DNA from: Eledone cirrhosa
Taxonomy: Eukaryota
Length of the DNA stretch: 64,000 nt
Assembly (NCBI GenBank): GCA_964016885.1
Contig: OZ024743.1
Location: 62,248,001-62,312,000 of the forward strand
Direction of reading: 5' to 3'
In this document: piece by piece, positions 15,720 to 29,100 of the stretch
Numbering within the stretch: position 1 is the first letter of the stretch
Layout: each line of letters begins with the position of its first letter
The notes under the pieces: model-generated
The model's input: only the letters and a program-made list of their open reading frames with translations
The model's database searches: none
What the model was told of the DNA's origin: nothing
Made by a program: the position numbers and the translations under genes

Positions 15720-16206
15720 GGGAAGTAAGGATTCTATACAAAACAGTGGATATAGAGAAAAGGTGAAGTTGGAAATAGCACGGAAAATATATTTAAGGGT
15801 CTGTTTTTCTTTTTTGATTCGTCAAAGTGACATTATTGAAAAGATAACATTATTGAAAAAATGAGAGGAACAATTCTTTTTTAAAAAAAGTTATATAATG
15901 TATATAAAGTGTATGAAGAATTATCCGTTTCGATGTATTATTAAAATCCATCTTATCAAATGTTGAGTGTTGAAATAAAAATTAAAAAGAATTAATAACT
16001 CCAAACATTTGATTTTAATTTTAAATCCTTAGTTTTAAACTCCTATTAATTCGAAACGGATAAGTCTTCATACACTTTATATACATTATAAAACTTTTTT
16101 TTAAAAATAATTGTTTCTCTCATCTTTTCAATAATGTCACTTTGACGAAACAAAAAAGAAAAACAGACTCTTAAATATATTTTCCGTGCTATTTCCAACT
16201 TCACCT

Positions 16207-16215
<9 letters not shown>
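15712..16215 (-). mobile_element. PLE-derived fold-back cassette in (TA)n
   Basis: Arms about 15752-15933 and 16050-16215 meet at TCGAAACGGATAA; degenerate hammerhead on minus strand (UUGAUAA-GAUG/CAUC-GAAAC); tail 15712-15751. Confidence 0.7.
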
Positions 16216-16253
<38 letters not shown>

Positions 16254-16416
16254 CTGCATGTGATGGCTGACCTGTCCAAAATCTATTATTGTATTTCATC
16301 ATATGTCTCTCTGTATATCAATACAATATAAATACCTACACTTCTATCATATATCAATACAAATAGTTACACTTCTATCAAATAACTACAATTCTATAAT
16401 TTCTATCTTTTTATAG

Positions 16417-16526
16417 AACACAATACTATATGACATATCGAGAGACGTTTCAGCCTCGCTATCGAACCAAATACAAATGCTGTCATGGTTGGACGCAGCG
16501 CAATACAGAAAAAGGATGTTTATTCC
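16417..16526 (+). CDS. MEGF6: MEGF6-like gene, exon encoding C-terminal half of EMI domain
   Basis: tttatAG acceptor, GTAAGT donor; joins previous exon in frame (AA+A=K): KTQYYMTYRETFQPRYRTKYKCCHGWTQRNTEKGCLF with the EMI CC.GW motif; ends phase 1. Confidence 0.93.
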
Positions 16527-18461
16527 GTAAGTACAAAATAGCATTTTCTTCCTCTTTCACAAAATCAGACACAACGGTAACTAACTATATGAACCCTTTG
16601 GTTACCATAGGTAAAGGTAAAGACCCCCTTTGCTCATAAATGACCATGGGATTTGCACCTAAAAAGTTCTCCTCCGTGGTACATGTCCGGGCAAGTAGTC
16701 CATGCATGTCAGTCTCCCCTTTCCACTCCACCGATGTTGTCCAAGGGAAAAGCAATGACCGATAGAGCTTGGTATCAGCTGAGTAAACTGGAGCAACGCT
16801 GATTCAAGAATTTGGAGGATTTATAAAAAATAACTAACGCTTTCATTATTAATCTGATGTTTAGGGCGATGGATTGGCCGTACTGGTAGAGGGTCGGACG
16901 CCATGCTTTGACGCATAGAGTTACGGCCCTTGCCATTCTGAGTTCAAATCCCACCAAGGTTAACTTTGCCTTTCATCCTTACGGGATCGATAAAATAAAG
17001 TACCAGTAATGCACTAGGTAATTGCTGGCCTTGTGCCAAAAGTAGAAATAATTATTAATCTGGTGTTTAGAATATAATTTGTAGAAAATATCTTACACAA
17101 AATGATGTTAGGTTTAAATGTGTATAATATAGGGTGCGGCAAAAATACTTTACACATTTTAAGGATTAGCCGTGTAAAATACGGGAGGTTTTCTGTCGTA
17201 CTCTGTAGTACGAGGATCGGTCTTAAGCAGGTTGGTATCGAAAGGTTTAAATCTACTCAATTCTTCAAAGAGTTAAATATTTTCAAGAATAAATAAAATT
17301 TTAAAAGGAATTTTACCTCAAGAGGTGAAAATCTGGTATTTTATTATTAGCGTTGGTAGGAGATGATCGGACTCGGGTCCCTATCACTAAAACACCTGAA
17401 GAACCTCCTATGAGATACAACCTCGTAGTAGACCAGTTAAATCTGCACAGGTATAAGCTGTAAAATTCATTTTCATCGGTAGAACATTATAAAAGAGTAA
17501 GGATCATATCTATGGCTGTCTGTCTGTTCCGCCAACGAGTGTTCTAGTTATTTCACCGACGGAATATATATGCAAATATATGGCTGAGCATTCCACAGAC
17601 ACGTGTACCCTTAAAGTAAAAATGCCTCTCTCTCTCTCTCTCTCTCTCAGATGACTTACCTACAATTTTTGCTACTGTTTTCTGTTTTTTCAACAACAAT
17701 GCAATGAAAGTACTTTCTAATTTATAGCAATGAGAGACATAAGTGTTTTTTTTTATCTTTTATCAAAACAACATTGTCTTATCTGATATAATAGAAAATT
17801 TCTGCCACGTTTCGAGTAACACTTTGATATTTACCATAGAACAAGCATTAAGCAGAAGATATATCATATCAAATCTATCTAGATTTTTATTACCAAGTGT
17901 AGAGAGGTGATCTTTAGATTGCGGAGATACTATGAGTTGGTATGTTATCAAATATTTCTTAAGTAATGATCAAAAAACATTTTTAACCAGTAACTTTTCT
18001 AACTGGTACCATGATATATATGGTGTGTTGGACATTTGTTTACTCCAACGGCGAGGGTTTCAGTCATTTCACCAACAGAACAGTAAATGGCTGAGTATTC
18101 CACAAAGATGTGTATCCTTAACGTAATTCTAAAGGGGACAGTAATTAACAACGCTGGCCTTTTGAATTACAAGTACAGTTGGCTTAGTGGACTGGAGCAA
18201 CATCAAACTACGTGTTTTTCTCAGGGACGTAACACACCACCTGGAATCCAACTCATGGCTTTGCACTCGGGAGCCGAACACTCTAGCCACTAAGCCACTC
18301 GCTTTTACATCCTTAAGACTACAACAGCATGAATTGAATGCAATCATTCCTATATTTTGATATAATAGTATGCATTATGTATGTATGTATGTATGTATGT
18401 ATGTATGTATGTATGTATGTATGTATGTATGTATGTATATATGTATGTATGTATGTATGTA

Positions 18462-19065
18462 TGGTGCTACTGGTAACATGTATGCCAGTACAACCTGTCT
18501 CATGGTCGGGTCGTTGGCGACTAAACTGGCAACCCCACCAAGGTTTCTTGGTGAGGAGGGTGACTTTGGACATCCTGCAGGACTAAAAACAAAACCTGTC
18601 AAAGGGCAAAGGAGCTCTTAAGAGTCAATGGCCATCCAAAATCACCGGGAGGGATGACCCCTTAGCCTTTGTCAAGGCAGAATTCTAGGAGAAGGAAAAC
18701 TCTGATATAACACCTGCAACCCTGATGGTATCTAATGATGTTGACTTCTTCTTCTTTTTGGTAAATATCATCTTGGTTAAGAGAGTGGGACTGGCTTTGT
18801 GCAGTGCCTTTGCTCACTATAACAGCTTCACGGCACAGGCATTGCTTTATATCTGGAGATCTCTCTGCACTTGTCGTCACATGGTACCAAGGGCCCAGCA
18901 CTATGTGTCAATAATTGTCACAAGTGTAGTGTCTGTACCAGAGTTTTCAAGTTGCTGGCTGGACTAAAAAGTCACACTCGTTCAGCGCATCGGTAGGGGT
19001 TCTCCTATTTGGATATAAAGTAGTGGCCGTACTCGAAAACGAGTTTGCAGCCACCATGTATGTAT
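18462..19065 (+). mobile_element. second copy of the 600 bp element
   Basis: High identity to 48680-49275; preceded by (TATG)n, followed by ATGT then (TAG)n. Confidence 0.8.
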
Positions 19066-19143
<78 letters not shown>

Positions 19144-19553
19144 ATGCAAACAGTATCAACATATACCCTCTGTTCTCTATTGGGTTGTTCTTTTACTTTG
19201 TTTTGTTTTAATTCTTGGCAAAGCAGCTATTTCTGACATCTGAGCAGAGCTGAACAGAACAATTTTAACACATGATGGTGGGGTGTTTCATAAAAATGAC
19301 AGGCTTATCTTTAAACAAACGGTTTTGCAAGTTGATATTTCTCAGGTCAGTGCAAATGGAAGGATAATAATATCCAGCACCAACCGAACCGTGAGTGTCA
19401 GAAGATAAATATTATAAAAAGAAATACTAAAAATAAGAATTCTGTTCTAGCTTTGGCACAAGACCATCAATTAGAAGGGGGTAGTACTATATTTTTCGAC
19501 CCCGGAAGGGTGATAAGGAAAAATTGACCTCGATGGGATTTGATATCAGAACG

Positions 19554-19774
19554 TATGAGGGTGTGCTGAAAAGTTCCTGGCTTGATCGCTGCTACTGAAG
19601 CCTGGTTGGAGACCCAACATTCCGAGTTCTTTTTACATGGCTTAGTAAAACTAAAGAACCACTGCAATAAGTGTGTGAATCTGAGATGGGAATATGAGGA
19701 ATAAAATCATAATTAACTGATCCTCCTGTATTTTCTTTTACCGAAAACCAGGAACTTTTCAGCACCCTCTCGTA
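19554..19774 (+). mobile_element. mariner-derived MITE
   Basis: TA-flanked TIRs (GAGGGTGTGCTGAAAAGTTCCTGG / CCAGGAACTTTTCAGCACCCTCTCG); internal remnant FFLHGLVKLKNHCNKCVNL..EY.E* matches a mariner transposase C-terminus. Confidence 0.82.
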
Positions 19775-20758
19775 GTTAGTGCGAAGCCTGGGTGTAGTGA
19801 TACCGGATTGGGAGAGGAGAAGAGATGAATGAGTCAGGAATACCACAGTAGTACTCGTAGAAATAGCTGTGTAAAAACAACATGCCTGTTGGAGGCCAGG
19901 TGTTGGGTTGAGTTCAAGAGAGACTTCATACCAATCAGTCGTCACCAGTAATTCAAATATCTAGTATAGTGATTTCCGATGTTTTCACCACCAAGGTCCC
20001 CTTTTATGTAAATGAATTTCCCAAAGTCCCCGCTACGATTTTTCTCCTCCTAGATCGTTATACAGCGAGAATAAAAATCGAAGGAGAGAAATATTAATAC
20101 TTACAAGACAATGGATACCCAATAGCATGTGCATACAATGTTTTTAACAAAGTACTTCACATTTTGAACCACTTTACCAGGGATATATTTCTTGTGAAAA
20201 GGTTTTAACATTTTTTCCAATTAGAAAATAATGTCTTGAATATTGGGAGATCTTGCGCAAAACACTTTATATCATGATACTCCAATTCACTCAGCTGACA
20301 AAAATGAGTTGTGCCTGTAATTCAAATAGTAGGTTGAATCCTCCTGAGGAGGTCGGTAAGTTTACACGTGTCTCTGGAAAGCACACTCGCATGCACGTTA
20401 ATTTCAATAGTAGGCTGTTCTGTTGTGTAGAACTACTGAAATACTCGTCGTCGAAGCCGACGGAGGTCCAATGCATATATTGGATATAAAGACGAGGATT
20501 CATATTTCAGACTATTCAAAGAGATGTATCTCAAACAACAGAATAACTCAAAATGCAATTTGAGTGAAATACGAACGAGATATGAATTCTATTGTATGCT
20601 TCAAGGTGAAAGAAGTCTTATGAGTTTGTAGGCATTTGACAGTGATGAGAGATTGTTACACCCAACATGAGATATAAACATAACCAAGCAATTTGAAGGG
20701 TACATCATACTTGACCTCATTACACACCATAATATACAGAATTTCTCTCTTTCTCTCT

Positions 20759-20833
<75 letters not shown>

Positions 20834-20877
20834 AATCAAAAAGAACAGAAAGATACAGTAAAAGAGATTTATTCGGT

Positions 20878-20992
20878 TCTAACGTACGTTTCAATAGACA
20901 TCAATTTGCCTAGATCTCGCTGCATCTATAATATTATATAGTTAGTAGAGCATTCGACATCCAATGCACAATCGATTCCATATCATCAGAGA
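20878..20992 (-). ncRNA. type I hammerhead ribozyme, mirror copy in the other pLTR arm
   Basis: Reverse complement of 22747-22861. Confidence 0.75.
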
Positions 20993-21375
20993 TTATGTTT
21001 ACCGTACCAGAATGTTCAGGTTTTTATAGGAATTCATGTGAAGTTGAAGTAGAGAAGAAGGAGGATGTGACAAAGACGAGAGAGATAGGGGGGGTTTTCA
21101 TGGTTGTTGAGGTAAAACAGAGGGCAGGATAAAATACGATAATGAAGTCTAGATATGGACTAGTACAACTGTGTGTGTGCTAGGGAGATGGTAGACGTTG
21201 ATAGGTTTATGATCTATGATAGATGGAGGCAGGGGAGATTAGGCCGAGTGAGTTGTAAAGTATGTAGGAGGAGATGTTGAATAGGGGAGATGTGGTCAAT
21301 AGAAGGCATAGCAATAATCCATGGGGACAGATAGAGGAGGTAGAAGGAAGATAGAGGAAAGCAGAAGTCGCAGGA

Positions 21376-22365
21376 TCAAATCAAGCCAGGTTTGTATTTC
21401 GAGAACGTAGCCTTGAGTCTGTGATTGCAATATAGAGTCCTTTCCGTTCTGTTGTTGAGAAGAGTATAATTCGATTTTAGTATGTAAAATAGCTCCATAT
21501 TGCATAATCAGCAGTAAGGCTGGCCAGCACGATATGTGGAAGCACTAGCGAGTTTTGTCCATTTCAAAGTGTATTGCAGGTTACTTTCGCGCAACTGCCA
21601 AATTGTATTGGTTAAGGTAGTTACGGAACGGTATTTGGTGTTCTTCATCGAACTACGGTGTTGGTACCAACGAGATTTAAAAGTGGTAGAGGTACAGCCG
21701 ATATAGTGCCATCTCCGGTTATCCGATTCAACGGTGCATTGATACACCATATTGGATTCCATGCATTTGTTATTCAGAGGGCAACGATCAGGTAGGTTGC
21801 AGTTGCACTTATCAGCTCTTGTAGTAGGTTGCGTTAGGTTTATATGTGTGTCTGCTGCAGGAGGGTTTACATTCAGTGGTTGAGAGTTTGAGGAAGTGTT
21901 AATGTAGTTTGGGGTGCTTCGTGTGGATGTGCTGACTAATCGTTTGGAGTTAAGTTTTTTAATAATTAGATCGAGATTGGGTGCTGTAGAATATGAAAGC
22001 TTAATGGACCTTAGATTTAGTATTTTAGCGTATCGATGTGCAGGAGGAAAATGTGTTTTGATTAAATTGAAGAAAAGTGAAGAAATTTTAGGAGATGTTG
22101 AGGCATTGTATATTGGGTTGTACCAAAGGTAGCTACGATTCCGCTTTCTAGCTAGGTTGGGTTGTGTGCTTCTATTTCGACTATGCCTGTGCGGAAAGTG
22201 TATGTTGTGTATCGTACCTATATTATTGTTTATGCTAGTGCGTTGTGAGCCCTTATTTCTATATTGGTGTGCTGGATCTATGTACTCTATTTTGTCTTGG
22301 TATCCAGCCGCCTTAAGCACGTTGTTATAGTAGTAAGCGTGCTCACTAAAGACCTGGGGGGTAGA
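21376..22365 (-). pseudogene. PLE ORF remnant: RT thumb, linker and GIY-YIG endonuclease
   Basis: RKRNRSYLWYNP..., IKLSYS, CNC....CPL...C, VYQCTV...YIGCT...FKSRWYQH; reads through a TGA at 21508 (YC*LC) into LCNMELFYIL...LLNNRTERTLYCNH to the stop at 21376. Confidence 0.9.
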
Positions 22366-22746
22366 TGATTTGATCCTGCGACTTCTGCTTTCCTCTATAT
22401 TCCTTCTACCTCCTCTATCTGTCCCCATGGATTATTGCTATGCCTTCTATTGACCCTATTCAACATCTCCTCCTACATACTTTACAACTCACTCGGCCTA
22501 ATCTCCCCTGCCTCCATCTATCATAGATCATAAACCTATCAACGTCTACCATCTCCCTAGCACACACACAGTTGGACTAGTCCATATCTAGACTTCATTA
22601 TCGTATTTTATCCTGCCCTCTGTTTTACCTCAACAACCATGAAAACCCCTCTATCTCTCTCGTCTTTGTCACATCCTCCTTCTTCTCTACTTCAACTTCA
22701 CATGAATTTCTATAAAAACCTGAACATTCTGGTACGGTAAACATAA

Positions 22747-22861
22747 TCTCTGATGATATGGAATCGATTGTGCATTGGATGTCGAATGCTCTACTAACTA
22801 TATAATATTATAGATGCAGCGAGATCTAGGCAAATTGATGTCTATTGAAACGTACGTTAGA
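22747..22861 (+). ncRNA. type I hammerhead ribozyme in PLE pLTR, long stem II
   Basis: UCU-CUGAUGA-(about 90 nt stem II)-GAAA-CGUACGUU-AGA; palindromic stem III ACGUACGU, cleavage triplet GUU. Confidence 0.75.
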
Positions 22862-23052
22862 ACCGAATAAATCTCTTTTACTGCATCTTTCTGTTCTTTT
22901 TGATTCTTTATACACGCCCCGGAGTATAGCTAAACTGGAATATACACCTATTTTCTGCATTTCGTTGAGCACCACTCTGTTGTAAGCTAACCTTCCCCTA
23001 CACGGTACATAACACTGTGTCCGGGAAAACCTTAATGCACTCGTGCATAACC

Positions 23053-23102
<50 letters not shown>

Positions 23103-23107
<5 letters not shown>

Positions 23108-23890
23108 CATACAGCAGCACAGACTCCACTACAGCAATGAAGAGGCGGATCTTCAGGTCTTCACGAAATTCCGACTTCCACACCGATCTTAAACTGTGGC
23201 ACGCCGCCCAGGCTTTGCTCTTCCTCTCAACCACATCATCTTCCGTATTCCCAATCTTTGCTCCCAAATACAGGAAGTCCTCAACCAATTCTAGCGGCTT
23301 CCCGCCTACATTAGTGATCCCCTCTGGCTTCTCAACATTCTCTACCAGATATTTTGTTTTAGTCTCATTCATTCTCAGCCCCACACTCATCGACACAGTT
23401 TCAGCCTCCTGCATCAAATCCTCTGCCTCCTTCACTGTATTTGTCACCAAAACTATGACGTCGACAAATTCAGCATCCGATATCTTTTTCGCCTTAACTC
23501 TCCTGCTCTGAGCCGGTGCTACAGTAAAGCTAGAGTCCTAGCGTTTCTCCGGTGCAAGGCGCATACAATAGTCCACTACGATGATAAAAAGGTAGGGAGC
23601 CAATGTATCTTCCTGGAGCACTCCAGCCAGTATCTCAAAGAACTCTGTCATCCTATCAGGTGTAATGACTTGGGCTTTGGTGTTGGTGTAGAGCAGTGAT
23701 ATCAGGTCCACTATCTTCTTGGGGATTCCATAAGCCTGTAAGATCTTCATCAGGCAGTGACGGTCCACAGAATCAAAGGCTTTCCTAAGGTCAATGAAAA
23801 CCATGACCGCAGGAAGGCACTTTGCTCTAGCTCCCTCTAATATCCTCCTCAGCATCAGGATGTGACTGGTGGTTGATCTTCCCTCTCTGA
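23103..23890 (-). mobile_element. RTE-clade LINE, inverted 5' segment (RT domain)
   Basis: REGRSTTSHIL.LRRILEG..FIDLRKAFDSV..GVLQEDTLAPYLFIIVVDY..N..KTKY..FLYLG..VESVLLYG, with stop and frameshift. Confidence 0.9.
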
Positions 23891-24247
23891 TGGATGGGTG
23901 CTACACGAGAATGTTGAGGATGGCTCTGAACATTAAAAAGTATACACTGAGGATTAAAAACTCAGAGCTGTATGGGAGCCTCCCAAACGTCAGCTCAAAA
24001 GTGACACAGAGGAGACTGAGGTTAGCTGGACATGCTCACCGACATCCAGAGTTGACATTGCACTCAGTGCTCCTGTGGGAGCCCCTACATGAACACACTG
24101 GAAGAGGAAGACCAAGGTTAACGTATGTTGATGCCCTAAGGACAGACACTGGTCTGTTGGAGACGCGGGACATGGCAGCGATAATGAGAGACAGAGACCG
24201 CTGGTGAGAACTCGTCCATGGATCTCGGGAATTTTACCTGCCCTAGA
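23891..24247 (+). mobile_element. RTE-clade LINE, 3' segment
   Basis: DGCYTRMLRMALN..RRLRLAGHAHRH..LLWEP..RGRPRLTYVD..RDRW, the typical RTE ORF C-terminus. Confidence 0.9.
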
Positions 24248-24270
24248 ATAGAAAAAAAAATATATATATA

Positions 24271-24307
<37 letters not shown>

Positions 24308-24326
24308 ATATATATTATATATATAT

Positions 24327-24360
<34 letters not shown>

Positions 24361-24433
24361 ATATTATATATATATATATTATATATATATTATATATATA
24401 TATATTATAAATATATATTATATATATATATAT

Positions 24434-24581
<148 letters not shown>

Positions 24582-24673
24582 GAGAGAGAGAGAATGTGTG
24601 TGTATAATATGCCCCAAGGGTCTGATACCATCAACACTATAAACAGAGAGCTGGCATATCTAAGAACTGACTA

Positions 24674-24729
24674 ACTGCCTGATGAGGCCATAGCCATTCA
24701 ATGGCTATCATCGAAATATATATAGCAGT
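24674..24729 (+). ncRNA. type I hammerhead ribozyme (solo PLE 3' end)
   Basis: ACUGC-CUGAUGA-GGCC-AUAGCCAU/AUGGCUAU-CAUC-GAAA-UAUAUAUA-GCAGU; stem I ACUGC/GCAGU, palindromic stem III. Confidence 0.8.
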
Positions 24730-24774
24730 AAATAAAGGATTATGAGTTCATGCAATTGACTTATGTTTCGTCAC

Positions 24775-24805
<31 letters not shown>

Positions 24806-25426
24806 ATATATAGAATGTGTGTGTTTGCAATGCAATATTGTAATACTAAACCCTCTTTCAACCTGGCAGTGTGTATGACAACGTAGGCTCATTGAATTAC
24901 AGGTACAACTCATTTTTGGGGGGGTGGGGGGGGCAGCTGAGTAGACTGGAACAACGTAAAATAAAGTGAATATTCTTGCTCAAGAACACAATGTTCTGCC
25001 AGGAATCCAACTCACGAACTTACGACCGTGAGCCGAACAATCTTACCACTAAGCCACGTAGTTCGCATCACGTCCAATATAGCATAAGAGACGTAACATG
25101 ATTTCATTTAAACTGCAACCCTCGATTGAATACGCAAGATAAAGATCACTCTTTGATATCTCAATATTATATTTTTAAATATATTACACACCAAAACTAT
25201 TTTACCCCCCCCCCCTCACCCTTTTCTTTTAGCTCAGTTTTTCTCTTTTTTCTCAGTCTCTCTTCTCTCTCTTCTCATATTCTTCCTAGTTTATCTCCAT
25301 CTCTCTCTCTCATATTCTTTTTACTTACTCTTTCTCTCCTTTCACATTGTCTAGTTCCTCACTTTCTTTCCCTTCGTAGTCTTTCTAGTTCCCCCTCTCT
25401 TTCTCTCACATTCTTTCTAATCCCCA

Positions 25427-25496
<70 letters not shown>

Positions 25497-25839
25497 GTAC
25501 ATTTTTCCTACATGTTTACATTTTTCCTAGATTATCTCTCTCTCTCACACACACATACATCCTTTCTAAATCCTCTTTTTCTCCACTGCTCCTTCTTTCT
25601 CACATGACTGTTTTCTTCCTACGAATATCTCTTTATGGAAATATAATAGATGAAATGTTTCCACATCAGAATTACATAATCCATGTGCGCCAGAAGTTAT
25701 TTCTAGTATCCATGTTCGCCTTTTACTCTAGACAATTTGAAACATATTAAATACCTAAAAAACGTCTCCCAATTATTATTGAACAGCAAAACATTGGATC
25801 CTGAAATATTAATAATTATTATCTTTATTAACAATAAAA

Positions 25840-26195
25840 TACGATCGCGAATACAAGCAGCCGAAATGGGGTTCCTCCGAAGGGTCTTTGGAGTAACGTA
25901 GCTCGGAGATCAGAGAGTCACTCCAGGTAGAGCTGCTACTTCTCTGAATTGAGAGATCACAGCTCCCATACTATGGATATGTGATTAGAATGTCTCAGGA
26001 AATAATCGCTGAACAGATTTTAGGGGCAAAACCAACCGGTAGGAGACCCGGGTGTTAGGTCCCGAGCAAGGTGGTTGTATAACATCTATGAACTTGGAGA
26101 TACAGCCGGATCAGTTAGAGACGGTTGCTTCTGACAGGACTCACTAGGAGTTTTTGAGGACTTTGCACCCACGACTCTCTCAGGAATAAGTGAAC
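25840..26195 (+). mobile_element. decayed RTE-type LINE 3' end
   Basis: RSRIQAAEMGFLRRVFGVT..EIRESLQVE..IERSQL.YYGYVIRMSQE..AKPTGRRP; related minus-strand piece at about 35490-35585. Confidence 0.7.
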
Positions 26196-29100
26196 AAAGA
26201 ACAATATCAACAAAATCACGAAAGCGCAGAGCTTAGTAATTAAGATGTTCGGCTTACGATCTTAAGTTGATGAGTTCTATTCCCAGACCGGGCAACACGT
26301 AGTGTCATTGAGCAAGACACTTTATTTCACATTGCTCTGGTCTACTCAATTGGAAAAATATAAATTATGCTTGTAATTCAAAAGGACAGCCTTGTCACAC
26401 ACGCTGAATCTTCCTGGGAAATATTTAAGAATGCACATATCTGTTGAATGATCATCAGTTTGGTCGTCTATTTCACAAATAGGATATTCAGTTGATCTTG
26501 ATTTAACAACTAGTACACTTGTGGTTAGAACTGACGGGGGTCCAACCCAGGAACGCATTTAAACTAATATCCTCCGTTCGAAATTTACTTTAAAATAAAC
26601 AATATATAAACTATATATAAATGGGTAAAGAAGTGAGTGTTTATTTCCATTTGTGAAACTTTTTTCTGTCTTTGCGGTATCTAATATCGGATTTACATAG
26701 AGTTGCCAGTATGCAGTAGGTCTGTATTAATCACTTAATATTCGGCTTCCCAAAGGAATTAGTACTTGACACCCAACCGCCTTGAAACATTATCAATAAC
26801 ATGAGTTTGAGTCATTTCATCATTTAAAACTGTTTGGCGGCGAAGTGGTGGAGACTGCTCTGCAAATGACTGAGGTAATTAAAGAAAAATTCATGTAGAT
26901 AACTTTTCAAAAAGTAAGGAAATGAACCGATCGTCAGATCGGACCAAGGAAACAATGTTTCCATTGGTCTTTTTCCTTTACTGATACTATCAGCCGGTCA
27001 CAACTTCTAACAGGAGACGGAGTTTGAACTCAGAACGCACAGAGCTGGATCAGATATCGTAAATCATCCTGTCTGACTCTTTAACAATCTACCGCCCTGA
27101 ATCGGGATAGTCATTAGGAGCATCGGATTAAATGCTTTCATAATTGTTGACGTTCACCATGCTCTAAGTTCAAATCCCACCGAAATCAACTTAACCTCTC
27201 GGAATTATTAAAATGAGTCAGACGAGCTGCTTCGTAGCATTTGGTCCGGCTCTGTGCAATCTTACTTTTTTATCCCGCCTGTCAGGATTTGCGGCCGTCA
27301 CATAGTAACAGATTGCAATAGAATTGGCAATTTATTGCAGTAAAGCAGCCAATAGAAAAAATATAATGAAGTCAAGATTTTGTCATGGTTTACTCAATGC
27401 TTCACCGTCCCAAGGGATCGGATTAAGAACGACGACGACAACGAAACTCATTTATAACATCTGAAATTTCTAATAGTTGCCTCCGGTCTTCTCACTTCCA
27501 TTGTCTTATAATAACTTTACTCTAGTCAAGGTCGTGATGATGTTTGAGTCATTGATGTCTAGACTTATTTCTGGGGCTCCTTACTTCACAGCATTTCTCA
27601 TCTTTTCCTTGATATAAAGTTCCCATAACTCGTTGCACTAATCTTATTTATATCTTCAAACTGTTTACACCCCTACTCCAAGATAAAGTAGTGTAGATAT
27701 AATATATAAAGTTGCTGCCGTCTAGTACGGTAGTATTGGGTTCCAGTTACTACACAATAACTGTAACTTAAACGTATTACTGAATTATGGCAGCAAGTTT
27801 CTGGCAAATGCAGATAGCTGTGAAAGTACGTGGCTTAGTAGTTAGGGTGTTAGTCTCGAGATCGCAAGGTCGTGTGTTCGATTCCTGAACATGACGGCGC
27901 TTTGTGTTCTTCAGCAAAATACTCTTTCTGCTGAGAGTTGGAATCAGCGGATACCTAGCCCTGTCGGCTTGAGTTCCCTATTTGGGTTCCTTTGGCTACT
28001 TACATAATAAACGTAACTAAAAGGTTGGACTATGTTGAGGACAAATCATTCTGCTAGAGTTTCACCAGTGTCTTCTAAAGTATGTTCCGAGAAACTCCAG
28101 GTTTCCGTAAGATGAGATGTTTTTTAATAGATATTTAATTTCTAAATTCTATTGTGGTTTTTGTTGTGTGTGTGTAAAGACGCAAGGCTTAGTGGTTATC
28201 TAATGGAATTAGTAATCATAAGGTTACGAGTTCGATTCCCCGAACCAGACGATGCGTTATGTCCTTCAACAAGACACTTTATTTCACGTTGCTCTCTCTC
28301 TACCAAGAGTTGCGACCGGTAGATAGTATCAGCAATAGAAAGACCAACTGAAGCATTGTTACCTTGGTTCGATATAACGAGTTCCACCCCGACTTGCTAA
28401 ACGAATGAAGTATGGGATATTGTCAATCGATTCCAACACCCACCACCATGTTTCTTCTTTTATGAATACATTCTCTCTAAACAATTTTTAGTTAATTTAA
28501 TATCCGATTAAAATTGTGGTGGTGAGGATTTCCATAAATATTGTTATGGGTTTCGCGATTTCTTGGAGAAACGTATAAGGGTTCCGTCATAAAATAAGTT
28601 TGGGAATAAATAGTCTAGAGCGACTACAGTAGATATGAGAAGAAAAAGGGAAGTGAGATCTCCTATTTGGGGATGAAGCCTGCAGTGTAGATCTAGTGTG
28701 ATTGAAACTTAACCACCATTGTTAGTACACACTCATACACACACAGATATCCTATCTCTACACAAAATTAGTTCAAAAGATTCCTCATACAATATATCTA
28801 TAGCATTTTGTCGACTTCAATTGACTATAAACATAACTCACATAAGAGTTTTGATGTCTGTTTCCTTAATTTTAATTCTATTTGCATTATTATATTAAGA
28901 CATTTTGTTTTTATAAGACATTAATTCTAAATTAATAATGGCTTCCATACTTTCCTCTCAGTAATAGTAGCTTTCATACTAGTATCACCTACATACATTT
29001 CACGCATTAATTATGCTTTCCATACTTTTTTATATTAATAATGTCGTCTATATTTTATACTATTTAATGTATCCATCGTAACACTTACTGTCTCATTCAA

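Larger units (their letters stand above)
20828..23055 (-). mobile_element. Penelope-like retroelement (probably Nematis-type), 5'-truncated, with inverted pLTRs and a 3' tail, between (TA)n tracts
   Basis: Arms about 20828-21383 and 22366-22912 are near-identical reverse complements; GIY-YIG ORF between them; unique tail 22913-23055; (TA)n at 20762-20830 and 23056-23104; one hammerhead motif per arm. Confidence 0.92.

Noticed and set aside
21508-21510. In-frame TGA in the PLE ORF as selenocysteine or programmed readthrough
   Set aside because: It falls at a variable position in CxxC (C*LC), not at a Cys; CGA-to-TGA decay is the simpler explanation
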